The notes beneath the pieces are model-generated. The model saw only the letters and a program-made list of their open reading frames with translations, was not told where the DNA came from and ran no database searches. The translations under genes were made by a program, and so were the position numbers. From contig CAZCME010000010.1 of the NCBI GenBank assembly GCA_964499705.1, positions 22,280 to 86,279 on the forward strand: 64,000 nucleotides of DNA, written 5' to 3'. This DNA comes from an uncultured bacterium. GTDB lineage: Bacteria; UBA8481. Position 1 is the stretch's first letter. Every line of letters starts with the position of its first letter. This document shows positions 31,101 to 39,322 of this stretch, one piece after another.

Positions 31101-31149
31101 GATCGACCACGAGGATTTTCTGGAACTGGGGAGACGCTACGGGCAGTAA
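25105..31149 (+). CDS. Giant secreted multi-domain protein (2014 aa), paralog of the preceding gene
   Basis: Same architecture and collinear conserved blocks: HHPKRPDHPGEAAAFRAL vs HPKPYDHPQEAAAQRF, GPEVAGIDS in both, Asp-box repeats, beta-helix repeats, FN3-like modules, and a near-identical dockerin-like tail ...DIGKNGVDGVIDHEDFLELGRRYGQ. Confidence 0.8.
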   Translation: MIPPAMAPRFLPVPMRFFLLSAILFIALSVPSWSAPLPDHKSISKIAWKHGAIHAGDRFAGLTREEWTEYFASRPRQILPDSATRDVDETVVARRLGLAPSLVRKVRTERSVDYRRMLEFSPPLLARVFWRTHHPKRPDHPGEAAAFRALQQRSEDGQIVENGLANAARQLEEMQENVRAGISPSFPGDPVPGEGPEVAGIDSTRWQALGPGNVPGRIRSAIIFPDSNIKVIGSVGGGIFRTTNGGQSWTAVNDFLANLAIGCMAQSPLQRDTIYAGTGEGFYNSDRIRGDGIFKSTDSGQTWTQLSATASNSSYRYVNRIAIDPGNVNILLAGTQTGIFRSTNAGASWSATAGAGEAMDVDFHPNNASFAVASGRNGNTWYSTDGGQNWTAATGIPSEANNRVEVAYAPSNGGVVYASCQRNSGELYRSTDSGVTYSLQNTGSSYLGSQGWYDNCLWVDPVNPDHVATGGIDVWRSTNAGANLTQISDWSQNSSGLSAHADHHILLSHPDYNGTTNREFYTGSDGGLAFTNDITTVAQTSGWTLLRNNIVTTQAYGGAGNPAGVFWLGTQDNGTPAYFGDSNAWTRHSSRSGDGGHCAADQLDANYLYGEYVYLTIYRSSNGGATATDIYSGITDADNSATAFFIAPFILDPNDQGRMYAGGVQLWRTSDVKATPPTWSSVKASNGNKISAIAVAPGNPNVIWVATSNSTITGANASEVFYTANGLEVSPTWTQVDGNGVTLPNRYCSRIAIDPRNPAHVYVTFGGYNTNNLYVTSDTGTTWTNVNATANPALPTAPIRTVVFGNYSSDSVYVGTEVGIFASANAGAAWSPSQDGPANVSVDQLFWVGADTLHAATHGRGLWRISVPRPDTTTPPPIDTTGPNVWYVNDTSTTGDSFTSGFGSDANSGVSRTAPKRTIAAVCAFLTTGDTVYIDAGTFGETMVAGSCTAVAIIDTMNVTLVGVDSLVTLLDPGDSSSGSNIRGIYADTISGLTIRNLRVSNARTGIEWYNVDTSTMASVDMVRNSAYGLLLFGGSESILVSTCGGSNNAQGIRILSSSRNTIRENVLESAAGAGISNEGSSNNAFIGNTARLNNEEGIFLTGSSGNSITGNVLAANGSDGVYLTSNSNGNRIEGNHIAANLQGILIDGSSGNVVAQNELSANTTYQIQLGIGASADTIERNNITTSSGKPESGVQNQTIARFDATRNWWGTADSATIRARIRGTGRDSVVSVPFRLGRVDTRPGFDTLAPRAPDTVAASDLSDTSVRVTWSTVGLNEDGSAGNGDLAGYRVYQSSSPDSTSWILRGTVSTATRTYDDSGLARMATYFYRVTAFDNASFENQSFFTDSIIGVVPGAIDSTGANVWYVNDSSTSGDSFTSAVGLVANHGLLPSAPKRGLAGVIPYLTAGDTVYIDAGTFQDSNLVLSVSDVIVEGKDSLATIVDANYETCFILRGAHRSIFRKVQIVNANYPGGLGQDHGAAIRLENSDSVVIASDSFLQNTWGVNLALGSDSATVTNCVFNPQTQFAVYVESGPQAVITGNTMISFGIGIENRSDSGIVAGNTMTNTVVNVTSSDSIRILGNSFSNVTITLTTAQRCDIESNTITTGGIVLNDDVLLCRLNGNSVTAVGATCFDIAGDTNTLINNFAFGSGVSGQGFWLKTAAAGNILTSNTASAKRNFGYLVQGTSNILDANLAVSCQDGGYRISGDTNVLNANTARTITAGAGFVVEGRNNVLRGNHASACSDSGFHLNGAVDNILSANHADSNLGYALAIVGSSSGNTVRKNSFVTSPTRPDSGVLLVSVAAVDLTRSWWNTTDSASIRNRIRGAGVVLAMYTPFRFGVIDTGYGADTVAPDSPVNLIVDTPAGQIRISWTAPSVNEGGTGGATGIAKYHIYRSRAADTTDWIGPIGETTATVYSDTRIATDTIYYYRVTAEDSASYPNRGFYSAIVSGSVPRVFADFSGDSTVNSADVPLILPRYRQPGLYNLIYDIGKNGVDGVIDHEDFLELGRRYGQ

Positions 31150-31151
31150 AG

Positions 31152-31314
31152 GGGGACATTCTCCAACATTACAACATTGAGATTGCTGCTACTTACGTGA
31201 GGTGGATGCCGGTTTCTTCGTAACATCATCATTTTGAATGTGGCAATGTGGGAGAATGTCCCCCTTACGTAAGTCCCTGTAATCTCAATGTTGGAATGTT
31301 GGAGAATGTCCCCT
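31152..31314. repeat. MITE-like / structured inverted-repeat element with GGGGACA...TGTCCCC termini
   Basis: 31152-31184 ggggacattctccaacattacaacattgagatt is the reverse complement of 31282-31314 with one mismatch in 33 bp. A third partial arm copy (gggagaatgtccccc) sits at 31249-31263, and an internal palindrome cttacgtaag is present. It lies between the giant gene's stop and the phosphohexomutase start. Confidence 0.6.
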
Positions 31315-31325
31315 ACTATTCCCCC

Positions 31326-32684
31326 ATGAAACTTCCGGATCATCCCAGGCTGAAATTCTCCGAAGCGGGCCTTCGCGGCGTCGTCGGCGAGACACTTTTG
31401 CCGCCGCTCATCTGCGGCATGTCGGCCGCCTTCGCGTCCACGCTCGGGCCGGGAGCGGTTGCGCTCGGGAGGGATACGCGGCTCTCGGGGCCGATGATAC
31501 TCGACCTGGTCGCGTCCTCGTTTCGAGCGGTCGGGCGGGATGTCATCGACCTCGGGATCTGTCCGGTGCCGACGGTGGAGTATTTCATCCGGACGGAGAA
31601 TCTGCCCGGCGGCATCGACGTCACGGCGTCGCACAATCCACCGGAATGGAATGCGCTGAAGCTGATCGGCGCCGGAGGATATTTTCTCGATCGAGCGGAA
31701 GCGATGGCGGTCAAGGCCGTGTACGAGTCGAGCTACGCGTGGTCGGCCTTCGACAGGCTGGGAAAACGCCGCGCCAACGATACCGCCATTCAGCGCCATA
31801 TCGACCGCATCCTCCAGGTCGTGGACGTGGACCTCATCCGGTCCCGGAAATTCACCGTCGCCCTGGATTGCGTCAACGGTTCCGGGTCCCTCATGACCCC
31901 TCAGCTCCTCGAAAAACTCGGCTGCAAGGTCGTCGCCATCCATGCCGACGCGTACTCCGACAAGCCGTTTCCGCATCCCGCGGAGCCGCGTCCGCATAAC
32001 CTCACCGACCTCATCAGGCTGACGAAGGACTCCGGAGCCGACATCGGATTCGCGCAGGATCCGGATGCCGACCGGCTCGCGTTGATCGCGGAAGGAGGCC
32101 GCGCGTTGTCGGAGGAATACACGCTTGTCCTCGCCGCCGAGCATGTGCTGTCGCACAAGCCGGGCCGCGCGGTCGTCGGAAACCTGTCCGGATCGCGGAT
32201 GCTGGACGACGCCGCGCAGCGCCACGGTTCTCCCGTTCACCGGACGGAAATCGGCGAGATCAACGTCTCCAAGAAGTTGCGCGAGGAGAAAGGGGCGATC
32301 GGCGGGGAGGGCAACGGCGGAGTCATGATCCCGGAGGTGCACGAGGGGCGCGATTCCTTCACGGGAATCGCCCTGATCCTGGAGATGATGGCGGAGCGCA
32401 GGAGTTCCGTGGGAACCATCGTGGACGGACTGCCGTCTTATTCGATGATGAAGTACCAGACCGAGATCGCTCCCGAGCGCGTGCAGGATGTCGTCGAAGC
32501 GGTCGCCTCGAAGATGGGCGCGGGAGCCTCCGGTGACCGCCGCGACGGCGTGAAGCTTTCCTGGAACGATCGATGGATTCATGTCAGGGGATCGAATACG
32601 GAGCCGATAATCAGGATCATGGCGGAGTCCCCGACGGAAAAAGAATCCCAGGCGCTCATTGACGCCGCGAAGGCCTTGATCTGA
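31326..32684 (+). CDS. Alpha-D-phosphohexomutase family (phosphoglucosamine mutase / phosphomannomutase-like)
   Basis: Active-site serine loop DVTASHNPPEWN. Four-domain length (452 aa). Metal-binding loop GFAQDPDADR. Start is ATG 31326 (MKLPDH). Confidence 0.8.
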   Translation: MKLPDHPRLKFSEAGLRGVVGETLLPPLICGMSAAFASTLGPGAVALGRDTRLSGPMILDLVASSFRAVGRDVIDLGICPVPTVEYFIRTENLPGGIDVTASHNPPEWNALKLIGAGGYFLDRAEAMAVKAVYESSYAWSAFDRLGKRRANDTAIQRHIDRILQVVDVDLIRSRKFTVALDCVNGSGSLMTPQLLEKLGCKVVAIHADAYSDKPFPHPAEPRPHNLTDLIRLTKDSGADIGFAQDPDADRLALIAEGGRALSEEYTLVLAAEHVLSHKPGRAVVGNLSGSRMLDDAAQRHGSPVHRTEIGEINVSKKLREEKGAIGGEGNGGVMIPEVHEGRDSFTGIALILEMMAERRSSVGTIVDGLPSYSMMKYQTEIAPERVQDVVEAVASKMGAGASGDRRDGVKLSWNDRWIHVRGSNTEPIIRIMAESPTEKESQALIDAAKALI

Positions 32685-32734
32685 TCCTCGCAGCTCTCAT
32701 CCTGTCCGCCTCGCTGCTCGGGCAAATCGCTCCC

Positions 32735-34051
32735 TTGGAAGGCGCGCGGCAGGCCGTGGCCCTGGAACAATGGGACACGGCTATTCCCATCCTGGAGGCA
32801 TTATCGGGTTCCTATCCCGAATCGGTGGAAGCGCGAGACCTGCTACTGTATGCGCTGCAGGCCCGGGCTCGAAGCCATCTTCTGCAGGGGAATCAGGGCC
32901 GGGCCATGCTGGACCTCGATCGAGCATACCAGATCGATCCGACCAGCAGGAATATCCGGCGCAATCTCATCTCCGTGTATGCGGCGGCGGCGCAAGCGCT
33001 CATCAAGGAAGGGGACACTGAAGGCGCCGAGCAGGCCTTTCGGAAAGCGCTCGACCTCGACACATCGCGCCGGGATATCCGTCGCGCTCTCGGTTCGACC
33101 ATCGTGGCGCGGGGGAAAGCCATGGAAGACGAGGGGCGATTTCTCGAGGCGTTGAATTTCTACAAGCGCGCATTGGATGTGGATTCGAACATGCTCGACG
33201 CTCATCTTCTCCGCGGTCAATTGTATTATTCCCGCGAAGAGTTCGAGCTCGCCCGTCATCACCTCCGTATCGCGCGCCAGATCGCCTCCACGAAGATCCA
33301 GGGGCTTGATGAGCTTCTTCAGCGCGTGGACAAGGAGTTCGAAGTCACCCGCAACTATCAGACGTATGAGATGGAAGGGTTCCTGGTCCGCTATGAGGGC
33401 GGCGCGCGGCCCGATCTCTTCTACCAAGTGCTGCCGATTCTTCGCGATGCCCGCGACCGGGCGACCCGTGTGCTGGAGAGAAGCGTGCACAGGCCCTTGA
33501 CGGTGATTCTCTATGCCGGTGAAGGTTTTCGCCGCGCCGCCGACGTGCCGGACTGGGCCGCGGGATTCTACGACGGAAAGATCCGCCTGCGAGAGGCGGA
33601 ACTGTCCGCGCCGACCGATTACCTGACGCGGATCATCCGGCACGAGGTGGCTCATGCCGTCATGGAAGAATTGGCGCCTCGCCGAGTGCCGGCGTGGATT
33701 CATGAAGGTGTCGCGAAATACATGGAGATCGACCGCTGGGACGCTCTGCAGGATGCCGCCTACCTTCTCCAGGCGATCCAGGCGCGACGGACGTTCAAGT
33801 TGACCGACCTGGAAAAGCCCTTCGCCAATCTCCCACCCGGATCCGATGTGCGGCTCGCCTATGCACAGTCGGCCGCAGCCATCCGTTATCTCGGCATCCA
33901 TCATGGGGATCGCGCTCTCTCGGACCTTGTCGCGCTACTCGCCGCCGGCCGGTCCGGCGAAAAAGCGATCGATTCCGTGACGTTCTACGACATGCCGACT
34001 TTCCAGAGCCGGGTCCAGGACTGGGTTGTGTGGGAGTATGCTCGGAAGTGA
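32735..34051 (+). CDS. TPR repeats + peptidase-MA-like (HExxH) domain protein; 5' end uncertain
   Basis: HExxH at IRHEVAHAVME with a downstream EGVAKY. The N-terminal half is TPR-like. The listed start is TTG. The in-frame upstream sequence LILAALILSASLLGQIAPL looks like a signal-peptide h-region, but it has no canonical start codon. Confidence 0.55.
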   Translation: MEGARQAVALEQWDTAIPILEALSGSYPESVEARDLLLYALQARARSHLLQGNQGRAMLDLDRAYQIDPTSRNIRRNLISVYAAAAQALIKEGDTEGAEQAFRKALDLDTSRRDIRRALGSTIVARGKAMEDEGRFLEALNFYKRALDVDSNMLDAHLLRGQLYYSREEFELARHHLRIARQIASTKIQGLDELLQRVDKEFEVTRNYQTYEMEGFLVRYEGGARPDLFYQVLPILRDARDRATRVLERSVHRPLTVILYAGEGFRRAADVPDWAAGFYDGKIRLREAELSAPTDYLTRIIRHEVAHAVMEELAPRRVPAWIHEGVAKYMEIDRWDALQDAAYLLQAIQARRTFKLTDLEKPFANLPPGSDVRLAYAQSAAAIRYLGIHHGDRALSDLVALLAAGRSGEKAIDSVTFYDMPTFQSRVQDWVVWEYARK

Positions 34052-34057
34052 TTAGAC

Positions 34058-34115
34058 ACCGATTTCACATTTCACATTCTCGATATAAATCTGGAATGTG
34101 AAATGTGAAATCGGT
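34058..34115. terminator. Bidirectional terminator hairpin between convergent genes (perfect 22-bp inverted repeat)
   Basis: accgatttcacatttcacattc (34058-34079) and gaatgtgaaatgtgaaatcggt (34094-34115) are exact reverse complements around a 14-nt loop. It lies between the + gene ending 34051 and the - gene ending 34121. Confidence 0.5.
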
Positions 34116-34120
34116 ATAGC

Positions 34121-35713
34121 TTACCGCGCAGCCGTGTCCGGAGCGGTTTCCATCTCCGGTATATTCCATGCCTGGTTGGCGACGATCGTTGCGAAAGTCT
34201 GGGGACCGGCGACTCCGTCGATGGGAAGCTTTTCCGCGGTTTGGAACTGGCGGACGGCCTTGACAGTCGTGGGGCCGTAGTTGCCGTTCACGACGCCTTT
34301 GAAATAGCGGAGTTTATACAGAGCATTCTGGAGCTTCGTGACATCCTCGCCGCTGGAACCCGCGTAATAGTTGCGGGTAGGAAAATCGGCGGGCATGATG
34401 AAGGAGGCTGGATAACTCCGATCCAGGGCGATCTGCGACCATGGAATCATCTCCTCCGCGGCGCCATGAACCACGATGGCGGAATCCGGGATGCCTTCCA
34501 CAGGCCGGACGACGGCCAGTTCCTCCCCGCCGATTCCCTTCAGGCGCACCATCGTACGGAGCCCGATCGCGGCGAGCACTTCCGGGCGGCAGGCGATCTG
34601 GATCCACTTTCTGTCGTTCGACGCGGCCAGCATGTCGGGGCGGATGGTCTCCAGCGCCGACGCGGTGAATCCGAGCTCGACTCCGTTTTCCTGAAAGAAT
34701 TTCCGCAGCATTTCGCCTTCGCCCGGTTTCTGCTCGATCACCTCACGGACGATCTGCTGTTGCGTGATGACGGGCGGGGGAGCCGACTCCGGCGCTTCCT
34801 CGCGGCCCGGGCGCTGCAGGAACATCCAGAGGACCAGCAGCAGCACGGCCCAGGCGCCGAGTGCAGGCATGAGTTTCACGAGGCGGACGCCAGTGGAGGG
34901 AGCGGGCGGCAGGATGTCGGCGAATTCCTTCTCGGCCGATTCCACGTGAACGCGTTTCACAACCTGGGAATCATCTCGGCCTGCCGCGCGCACGCTTCCG
35001 TCCGCCAGAATGTTGATGACGCGGGGAATGCCTCCGCTTTTCGCATGGATGCGTTTCACTCCGGCAGGGGAAAAAGACACGGGGACGGCGGCGCCGGCAT
35101 TGGCGAGCCGATGCGTGAGATACTCGCCTGTTTCCTTCAGCTCCAGGGGCTTCAGGTGGCGGTGAACCGCCACGCGGCTCCGAAGCTGAACCATTTCCGG
35201 GCGCGCCAGAATCTCGCGGAGCGGATCCTGGCCGAAGAGAATGATCTGGACGAGCTTCTCGCTCTCGGTCTCCAGGTTCGAAATCATCCGCAGGAGCTCG
35301 AAGGATTCGAAAGAAAGGTGCTGCGCCTCATCGATGAAAATGGCAGTGTGGCGTTTCTCGGAATACATCCGCATCAGGTGCTCATAGAGCGCATCGATGA
35401 GGCTCTTCCGGTCCTTCGCTTCGCCGGATGCAATGCCGAGATCGTCCGCGATGGCGCGCATGAGCCCGTCGGGATCGAGGCCGGTGTTCAGGATCGCGGC
35501 GGTATTGAGGTTTTCGTATTCGGCGGAGAGGAAGCTCCGCATCAGAGTCGTCTTTCCCGCTCCGACTTCACCGGTCACGACAATGAATCCCTTGCCGGTC
35601 ATGATGCCCCGTGTCAGGGCTTCCCAGGCTTCCTCGAATTGCTTGTGGCGATAGACCATCCTCGGATCGGGAGTGACGCCGAAAGGATTGTATTCGAAGC
35701 CGAAATCGATCAT
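34121..35713 (-). CDS. ExeA/GspA-like AAA ATPase with a C-terminal peptidoglycan-binding domain
   Basis: Walker A GEVGAGKTTLMRSF. A central TM segment. A C-terminal PG_binding_1-like motif DVTKLQNALYKLRYFKGVVNGNYGPTTVKAVRQFQ...GVAGPQTF. Confidence 0.75.
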   Translation of the reverse strand: MIDFGFEYNPFGVTPDPRMVYRHKQFEEAWEALTRGIMTGKGFIVVTGEVGAGKTTLMRSFLSAEYENLNTAAILNTGLDPDGLMRAIADDLGIASGEAKDRKSLIDALYEHLMRMYSEKRHTAIFIDEAQHLSFESFELLRMISNLETESEKLVQIILFGQDPLREILARPEMVQLRSRVAVHRHLKPLELKETGEYLTHRLANAGAAVPVSFSPAGVKRIHAKSGGIPRVINILADGSVRAAGRDDSQVVKRVHVESAEKEFADILPPAPSTGVRLVKLMPALGAWAVLLLVLWMFLQRPGREEAPESAPPPVITQQQIVREVIEQKPGEGEMLRKFFQENGVELGFTASALETIRPDMLAASNDRKWIQIACRPEVLAAIGLRTMVRLKGIGGEELAVVRPVEGIPDSAIVVHGAAEEMIPWSQIALDRSYPASFIMPADFPTRNYYAGSSGEDVTKLQNALYKLRYFKGVVNGNYGPTTVKAVRQFQTAEKLPIDGVAGPQTFATIVANQAWNIPEMETAPDTAAR

Positions 35714-35740
35714 TTTCCAGAGAATCTTTCCCGCCGCGCT

Positions 35741-36640
35741 CTAGCGCCGCGCACCCACCACCATGTCCTTCAGGTCCATGAATTCATCGGGCAGCAGATC
35801 CGAGTCGATGTTGAAAACGTCCAGCTCCGCGCCCTCTATGAGCCATTGTCCGCCTGTCTTCTTATACATGATCCGCCCCGCTCCGGCAAGCCTGATAGTG
35901 GGCACCAGACCGGTCCTGGGCGCCAAGTCCATGGCGAGAATGTAACGCGCGGAGATGTCCGTGGAGGAAGCCGACTGGAAATCGGTCAGCATCACTTCGC
36001 TTTTGCTGGACGACGTGACGCTCGATACCCGGTAGAGCAAATCCCTGAATTCACGGATGGTCCTGCCCGCGAATCGTCCGGACGGTGACGTGTAGGCCAG
36101 CGTGCCGTCGATGTCGAAAAACTCGAGCCGCCTGAGGGCCGCCCATGTGATGCGACCGAGCTCGGCCTTGTCGCGGGCCGAGACGGCGTCGGCTCCGCGA
36201 GTCGCGCCGCGCCATGTCAGAAGCTCGGCAGCCAACCGCAATAATTTTCCGCGCGCGGGACGCATGCGCTTATTCCGAGGAGCGGAGGCTCCTTCGTCCG
36301 CGTATTCCGCTTCCAATCCGGCCACCAGAACTTCGCCTGACAGCAGGACGATGGAACCCTGGGAAACGAAGAGCGTCGTTGTGGGATGAGCCGGCGAATC
36401 GGGTTGCTCCACTTGAGCGCGATGCAGGCGGCCCATCCGATCCGCAACGACAACCTCGCCAGGAACGGCTTCCGAGGAGCCGTGATCCGTTGTGACGGCA
36501 ACCCGCGATTTCGCCGGTTCCAGTTTTGTTCGCGCGGCCTGAACCGATGTTGCCGCAATCAGGAGAGCGATGACGAATGCAAAAAGACTACGAAAGGCAA
36601 GAACGTGTCTGGCGGGTGGATAGGACGTGCCAGGTTTCAT
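35741..36640 (-). CDS. Hypothetical secreted protein
   Basis: Signal peptide LFAFVIALLIAATSVQA. Start overlaps the upstream stop (ATGA). No recognisable domain. Confidence 0.45.
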   Translation of the reverse strand: MKPGTSYPPARHVLAFRSLFAFVIALLIAATSVQAARTKLEPAKSRVAVTTDHGSSEAVPGEVVVADRMGRLHRAQVEQPDSPAHPTTTLFVSQGSIVLLSGEVLVAGLEAEYADEGASAPRNKRMRPARGKLLRLAAELLTWRGATRGADAVSARDKAELGRITWAALRRLEFFDIDGTLAYTSPSGRFAGRTIREFRDLLYRVSSVTSSSKSEVMLTDFQSASSTDISARYILAMDLAPRTGLVPTIRLAGAGRIMYKKTGGQWLIEGAELDVFNIDSDLLPDEFMDLKDMVVGARR

Positions 36641-37161
36641 TTCGCCGCGTCGTCCTCCACGGAAAGCAGGAACTCCGTGCGGTGGGCTTCGAGGGGCGCG
36701 CAGCTCATGTTTGGAGAATGGACCGTGATGAGTCCCGTGTCGCCGTCGGAACCGGAAGCGGCCGACTCGAGGATGAAATAAGCCGAGCCTTCCTTGAGGA
36801 AGAGATCGAGCCCGGCGCGTGGACCGCGCTGGGCGGACAGAAACGACATGGCCGAAGCGGGTCCCAGCAGAACTTCCGCATAGCCCTCCACCGAAATGAC
36901 GGCGCGCGTCGTGGGTGACGTGCGTACGATTTCTCCGAGGGAGAGAACTTCGTCCTCCGAGGCGTCGCGGATTCCCAGAGGCGACGTCACCACCGCGTCA
37001 CCGTCGAGACGCGCGATGCGGATGACCAGGTCAGCGCTCTCAAAGGGCTCCACGCGAACGGGCGCGGAAACCGTCTGTTTCGGCGTCATCCTGTATAGAA
37101 AGAAGATCTGCGCCGCAATGAGGAGCAGAAGCAGGGCCGGTGTAAGAAGCTTCCGGATCAC
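36637..37161 (-). CDS. Hypothetical membrane-anchored protein
   Basis: The GTG start at 37159-37161 lies 4 nt after the Wzc-like gene's stop. An N-terminal TM (LLLLLIAAQIFFLY). The ORF-track start at 37236 would overlap the Wzc-like gene by 70 nt. Confidence 0.4.
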   Translation of the reverse strand: MIRKLLTPALLLLLIAAQIFFLYRMTPKQTVSAPVRVEPFESADLVIRIARLDGDAVVTSPLGIRDASEDEVLSLGEIVRTSPTTRAVISVEGYAEVLLGPASAMSFLSAQRGPRAGLDLFLKEGSAYFILESAASGSDGDTGLITVHSPNMSCAPLEAHRTEFLLSVEDDAAK

Positions 37162-37165
37162 GGGT

Positions 37166-39301
37166 TCAGAATCTCGAGCCTTCGTCTTCGTAGCGATAAT
37201 AGCTGTACTTATAGCCGTAGAACTGCCCGACGGCATTGGCGTCGTTCATCACGATGCCGATGATGTGGCCTCCGACGTCTTCGATCGTTCTGATGACGGA
37301 TGCCGCCGCGGCTTCCTCCGCTTTGCCGACCATGTACACGAAAAGAACTCCGTCGGCGATACGGGCCACATTCAGGGCGTCGGAGACGGGAGCGGTTGGC
37401 GGCACGTCCACTAGAACGAAGTCGTACTGGGTGAGCGTGTCCCTCAGCAGTTGCGCGAATTCGGGAGAAGAGAGAAGGGAGGCGACGTTCGCGGCTCCGC
37501 GCACGCCCGAGGGAAGAATGTCGAGGTTCTTGATGCGAGTGGGACAGGCCGCTTTCTTCCACTCCATGTCGCCGTTCATGACCTCGAAGATGCCGGGCGA
37601 TTCCGCGACCTCGAAGATCTTGTGAATCGTGGGACGGCGAAGATTGGCGGAAACCAGGAGAACTTTCCGTCCCATTTCCGCCAGTGCGGCGGAAAGGTTG
37701 GATGAGGTCGTGGATTTCCCCTCCTGCGGTTCGGTGCTCGTGATGACCAGCAACCGCTGCGGCCCCACGTCAATCTTATGAGCCAGCGCCCGATAGGCTT
37801 CGGCTTCCGCCGCATTCGGTCGGGTTTCCACCACGAGGCGCTCCGAAGCGACATCGGAATTACCGATGCCTCCGGTGAAATGAGGGATGATCCCGATTAC
37901 CCGGCGGCCTAGAAGCATCTCCGCGGATCCCGGAGTCTTGATCGACCGATCGAGCGATTCCACCAGCAGCACCATCGCGAACGCCACCATGACGCCGATG
38001 CCCGAACCGAGCCAGAACGAACGCGAAAGGTCGGGATTGTCCGGCGCGCTTGGGCGGATGGCCGGTCTCACCCACTGCGCCATGTTCTCCCGGCCGGATT
38101 GTTCCAGCTGGAGCTCCGTGCGCTTCTTCGTGAGTTCCGTCAGCAGGCTTTCCCGGACGGTGACTTCAGAGCGGTAACGAGCCAGCGACATCGGGTTGGG
38201 AGTTCCGGTTTCCATCGGAAGGAAAAGTTGCGCGACCGGAGTCGTGTCGACGGGAATCCCGCGCGGTATAGACGCTTCCCGCTCCGCAAGCTGCGCGTCG
38301 ACGGTCCGGCCCCAGAGTCCGATCTGCTGTATGAGGTCGATCGATGCCTCCATGAGCTGCTTGTGAGCCACCGCCTTGTCCGGGTGGAAATCCGTCAGGG
38401 TCTTGGCCACCTCACGATATTTCTTCGAGCGATCCTCCCAGACGGCGCGGGAGGAATTCATGCGGTCGAGCGCCGCGCCCTCCAGGCCCTGAGCTATGTC
38501 TTCCGGGATGGCGGCATGAATTCCGATAATCGCCATCTCCATGTCGTCAAGAGATGGAGCCTGGCCCGACGCGAGAGAATCGCTGACCTGGTTCAGCACC
38601 ATCATGCGCTCCCTCAGCATGCGTCGGGCGGCCGTGATCCTGGCGGCGGAAATCCCCACGTTCTCTTCCTTGCCCTGGTGACCCATGCGCCGTTCCAGTT
38701 CCGCGATGACGGCGCGGTAGTTGGCGATCTCCAGTTCCGTCTTCCTGATTTCCGCATCGAGAAACTTCACCATCCGCTGGGAGGAATAGACCATGTCCTC
38801 CACGAGCGAGGGCCCGAAGGACGCGCCAAACGCATTCGCCAGCGAATAGACATAGTCCGGATCGCCGCCGGCGACGCTGATGCGGACGATGCGGCGTTTT
38901 CCAAGTTGCTCCGCCGATGTGACGGCGGATATTTCCTCGAACATGTTCAGCCATTCGGGCGTCTTCTGCGGAGGAACTGTTCCCAGCACGCCCGTGCGGA
39001 TGACGGCGCCGATGCACCCTTCCGATTTCACATGGTTCACGTAATACGGGATATTGTTTTCGGCGCCGCTGCGAGGATCCGCCGGCGTGAAGATTCCCCG
39101 GGACATGATGGGTTCCGGAGCAATCGCGATGTCGATGAAGCAGGAGAAGTAACGGGGACGGTTGGTCTCGTGAAGAACGGCGGTTACGCACACGGAGAGC
39201 CAGGCGACCAGCGCCACGATCCAACGCTTCTTGAGGATTCTCCAGTAGTCGACCAGTCCGGGCGCGCGCTCCGTGGATTCGGCGGATCGTGGACTATTCA
39301 T
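37166..39301 (-). CDS. Polysaccharide co-polymerase / tyrosine autokinase (Wzc/GumC/CapB-like), exopolysaccharide transport family
   Basis: N-terminal Wzz-like domain with two TMs. C-terminal P-loop ATPase EGKSTTSSNLSAALA (Walker A) and a C-terminal Tyr-rich tail (YGYKYSYYRYE). Confidence 0.85.
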   Translation of the reverse strand: MNSPRSAESTERAPGLVDYWRILKKRWIVALVAWLSVCVTAVLHETNRPRYFSCFIDIAIAPEPIMSRGIFTPADPRSGAENNIPYYVNHVKSEGCIGAVIRTGVLGTVPPQKTPEWLNMFEEISAVTSAEQLGKRRIVRISVAGGDPDYVYSLANAFGASFGPSLVEDMVYSSQRMVKFLDAEIRKTELEIANYRAVIAELERRMGHQGKEENVGISAARITAARRMLRERMMVLNQVSDSLASGQAPSLDDMEMAIIGIHAAIPEDIAQGLEGAALDRMNSSRAVWEDRSKKYREVAKTLTDFHPDKAVAHKQLMEASIDLIQQIGLWGRTVDAQLAEREASIPRGIPVDTTPVAQLFLPMETGTPNPMSLARYRSEVTVRESLLTELTKKRTELQLEQSGRENMAQWVRPAIRPSAPDNPDLSRSFWLGSGIGVMVAFAMVLLVESLDRSIKTPGSAEMLLGRRVIGIIPHFTGGIGNSDVASERLVVETRPNAAEAEAYRALAHKIDVGPQRLLVITSTEPQEGKSTTSSNLSAALAEMGRKVLLVSANLRRPTIHKIFEVAESPGIFEVMNGDMEWKKAACPTRIKNLDILPSGVRGAANVASLLSSPEFAQLLRDTLTQYDFVLVDVPPTAPVSDALNVARIADGVLFVYMVGKAEEAAAASVIRTIEDVGGHIIGIVMNDANAVGQFYGYKYSYYRYEDEGSRF

Positions 39302-39322
39302 GGAGCGAGTGATTCAGGACGC

